Shown piece by piece: positions 22,312 through 24,000 of a stretch of DNA of 24,000 nt; within the stretch, counting starts at the first letter, position 1; every line of letters begins with the position of its first letter. The stretch is taken from assembly GCA_038874655.1 (NCBI GenBank), contig JAVZBY010000002.1:1-24000 (forward strand). The letters are read 5' to 3'. The position numbers and the translations under genes are program-made. The notes beneath the pieces were generated by a model. That model was not told the DNA's origin. It was given only the letters and a program-made list of their open reading frames with translations, and did not search any database. The stretch is from Candidatus Woesearchaeota archaeon (GTDB taxonomy: Archaea > Nanobdellota > Nanobdellia > Woesearchaeales > GW2011-AR15).

Positions 22312-23775
22312 TTAATTTTCAATATTTTTTAAATAATCTTCTATTTTTTTCAAAACCTCTTCTTTATTTATGCTGCTAAATCTCAAAGTTCCTGCATAAT
22401 CATGACCACCGCCATCAATTAAAGCATATGGCATTTTTTCTTTTAAATAGTCTATTAATTTTATTAAACTAAAATTAACATCATCTGCTCTAAAAATTAT
22501 TGAATCTTCACTTATTACCATAGTAATTCTTTTTCCTGTAAATAAGTCATTAGTAATTCTAGGTAATTTACTTCCAATGTAATCATAATTAACAACATCT
22601 CTATTTATCTTTATTATTTTTATTCCATTAAGGTTTTCAATAACTGCGTTTTTTTCAATTGCTTTTTTAACTAAATCTTCTTTATACTTTATAAAATAAA
22701 ATATTTCTTGAATTATTTTTTCCCTTGTTTCATTATAAAAAAATAAATCATTCAATAATTCAGAGCTTTCATTAAATTTTAGATGATATAAATCATAATC
22801 AATTGCAATTGCCCATTCCTTTAATTTTTCTAAAGTAAAATTTGAAAGTTTCAAATATTCTTCATATTCATAACCATTAGATTTATCAGCAGTTCCAGAT
22901 AAAGCTGGTAAATGATTAAATTTATTTGGATTTAATTCAGGGTTAATAAAAAAAGCCAATTCTGTTGATAAAGATCCAGCATTAATTTCAGATCCGAAAT
23001 CAAAAACATGTGGATTTAAAAAAACTTTGGAAATTTCTTTATTCTCTTTATCATATTTATGATGATCAATAATAACAAAATCAAAGCCATATTTACTTAA
23101 TCTTTTTAATGAAGGATAACTTTGACTATTGCTTCCTAAATCGCACAATATAATTAATGGCGCTTTTTCATCATATTTTTCTTTTGCATCTAAATAGTCA
23201 TTTAAATCTCTTAAAGCATCAATATAATCATAATAAGGACTTCGTGATGATATTCTTGTTAAAAACAAATGGCTTTTATCATTAATCTCTTTAATTAAGG
23301 GCAAAATCGCTTTTTCTAAAATATAGCCAGACACATAACCATCAACATCATCATGATGTCTTATAATAATTGGTCTATTTTCATCTATGGTTTTTTCAAT
23401 AATTTTAGCAGCTTCTATAAACAAAGGTCTTAATTTTTCTAATTTTTCTGATTTTATTAGAAAAGGCTTTTTTTCTAAATTAATTTTTTCAATTACATTT
23501 TGATTTATTTTTTCATAATTTAAAAGTTCAACTTCAATATTTCCTAATCTCTCTTTTACTAAGATTTTTGCTTGAATATTATTTCCAATAACTAAATTAG
23601 GAAAGGCTCTTTCACCTGCTTTTAAAAAACCAGTTGCTTTAATAACACCAGTATTATCTTTTAAATCAAAAATCGTGGGCCCAGAGGTTTGCCTTATTGA
23701 TTTTACTTGTGCTATTAAAAAGTATTCTTTTCCAATCTTATCTTTGGTAATTTCTTTTATTTTTATATAATCCAT
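22312..23775 (-). CDS. DHH/DHHA1 phosphoesterase with an N-terminal OB-fold (second RecJ-like paralog)
   Basis: OB-like IAQVKSIRQTSGPTIFDLKDNTGVIKATGF...IQAKILVKE. DHH motif I is IIRHHDDVDGYVSG, motif II ILCDLGSN, motif III VIIDHHK, and the DHHA1 motif is DGGGHDYAGT. I prefer the ATG at 23775 over the track's TTG at 23790. Confidence 0.75.
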   Translation of the reverse strand: MDYIKIKEITKDKIGKEYFLIAQVKSIRQTSGPTIFDLKDNTGVIKATGFLKAGERAFPNLVIGNNIQAKILVKERLGNIEVELLNYEKINQNVIEKINLEKKPFLIKSEKLEKLRPLFIEAAKIIEKTIDENRPIIIRHHDDVDGYVSGYILEKAILPLIKEINDKSHLFLTRISSRSPYYDYIDALRDLNDYLDAKEKYDEKAPLIILCDLGSNSQSYPSLKRLSKYGFDFVIIDHHKYDKENKEISKVFLNPHVFDFGSEINAGSLSTELAFFINPELNPNKFNHLPALSGTADKSNGYEYEEYLKLSNFTLEKLKEWAIAIDYDLYHLKFNESSELLNDLFFYNETREKIIQEIFYFIKYKEDLVKKAIEKNAVIENLNGIKIIKINRDVVNYDYIGSKLPRITNDLFTGKRITMVISEDSIIFRADDVNFSLIKLIDYLKEKMPYALIDGGGHDYAGTLRFSSINKEEVLKKIEDYLKNIEN

Positions 23776-23796
23776 TTTAATTAATTTCAATTTTTT

Positions 23797-24000
23797 TTAT
23801 TCTTCTTTATTATTAATTATTTTTCCGTAATCTCTTTTTCCATAATCTTGCCAAGGAGAATGTCCAAAATGTATCAACAAATCAACTCCCAAATTTTTTA
23901 CTTGTAATGGCAAATCACAACTTCCATAATTACTTGACCCCCAAATAATAACTTGTGCATTTGTATTTTTTTCAATCTCTTTTTGTATAAATTCTGCTTT
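23797..24000 (-). CDS. Dph2-like (diphthamide synthase) domain-1 fragment ending prematurely; 5' end outside the window
   Basis: Not in the ORF track. My reverse-strand translation is ...KAEFIQKEIEKNTNAQVIIWGSSNYGSCDLPLQVKNLGVDLLIHFGHSPWQDYGKRDYGKIINNKEE*, with the stop at 23799..23797. The NYG(A/S)CD and LIH(L/F)GHS motifs match archaeal Dph2 domain 1. The Cys codon is at 23917..23919. Confidence 0.6.
   Translation of the reverse strand, partial: KAEFIQKEIEKNTNAQVIIWGSSNYGSCDLPLQVKNLGVDLLIHFGHSPWQDYGKRDYGKIINNKEE

Noticed and set aside
23797-23820. Frameshift or read-through that would rescue a full-length Dph2.
   Set aside because: Only 6-21 nt separate the stop from the next gene, whose product is clearly an OB-fold plus DHH protein. 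No room exists on this strand for Dph2 domains 2-3.

Overview
Strongly AT-rich, gene-dense chromosomal window from an archaeon. The archaeal call rests on an archaea/eukaryote-specific ribosomal protein eS1 (S3Ae), an archaeal-type uS15, a tRNA-Gln with an A1:U72 first pair, BRE/TATA-like promoter motifs, and a mix of apparently leaderless genes and genes led by a GGGTGA-type Shine-Dalgarno (SD). Small proteins, extreme AT bias and several bacterial-type genes suggest a small-genome DPANN-like lineage, but the phylum cannot be assigned without a database search. All work here is by-eye translation and motif reading; no alignments, statistics or folding energies were computed. About 30 genes are supported. 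They include two tandem HAD phosphatases, SAH hydrolase, a small wHTH regulator, tRNA-Gln(CUG), and two riboflavin-entry enzymes (GTP cyclohydrolase II plus an archaeal-type pyrimidine reductase). Also present are a class-I-like photolyase, two ion permeases, a stand-alone Smr domain protein, the rps15 / RecJ-like / rps3ae neighbourhood, gyrB, a YprB-like RNase-H-fold exonuclease, and a second RecJ/DHH paralog with an N-terminal OB fold. I saw no CRISPR array, transposase, integrase or rRNA. The most unusual region is a five-gene, same-strand thiol-disulfide cluster at 17994..21447. Its first gene encodes a membrane-anchored protein of about 612 aa with two duplicated GILT/DsbA-like modules carrying monothiol C-P-(Y/F)-G sites, a CAQC thioredoxin-like module and a Cys/Asp-rich motif. 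It is followed by a lipobox protein homologous to the Trx domain normally fused to bacterial VKOR, a zinc-ribbon/poly-Lys protein, and two CPYC glutaredoxin-like proteins. No VKOR, DsbB or CcdA-type membrane partner is visible in the window. Secondary items are a Dph2 (diphthamide synthase) gene that stops right after its first domain, a tandem-HTH protein beside a 336-bp AT-rich region with four phased copies of ATTATTTAAGA, a promoter-like element driving a twin-hairpin RNA candidate upstream of rps15, and a bacterial-type AhcY.
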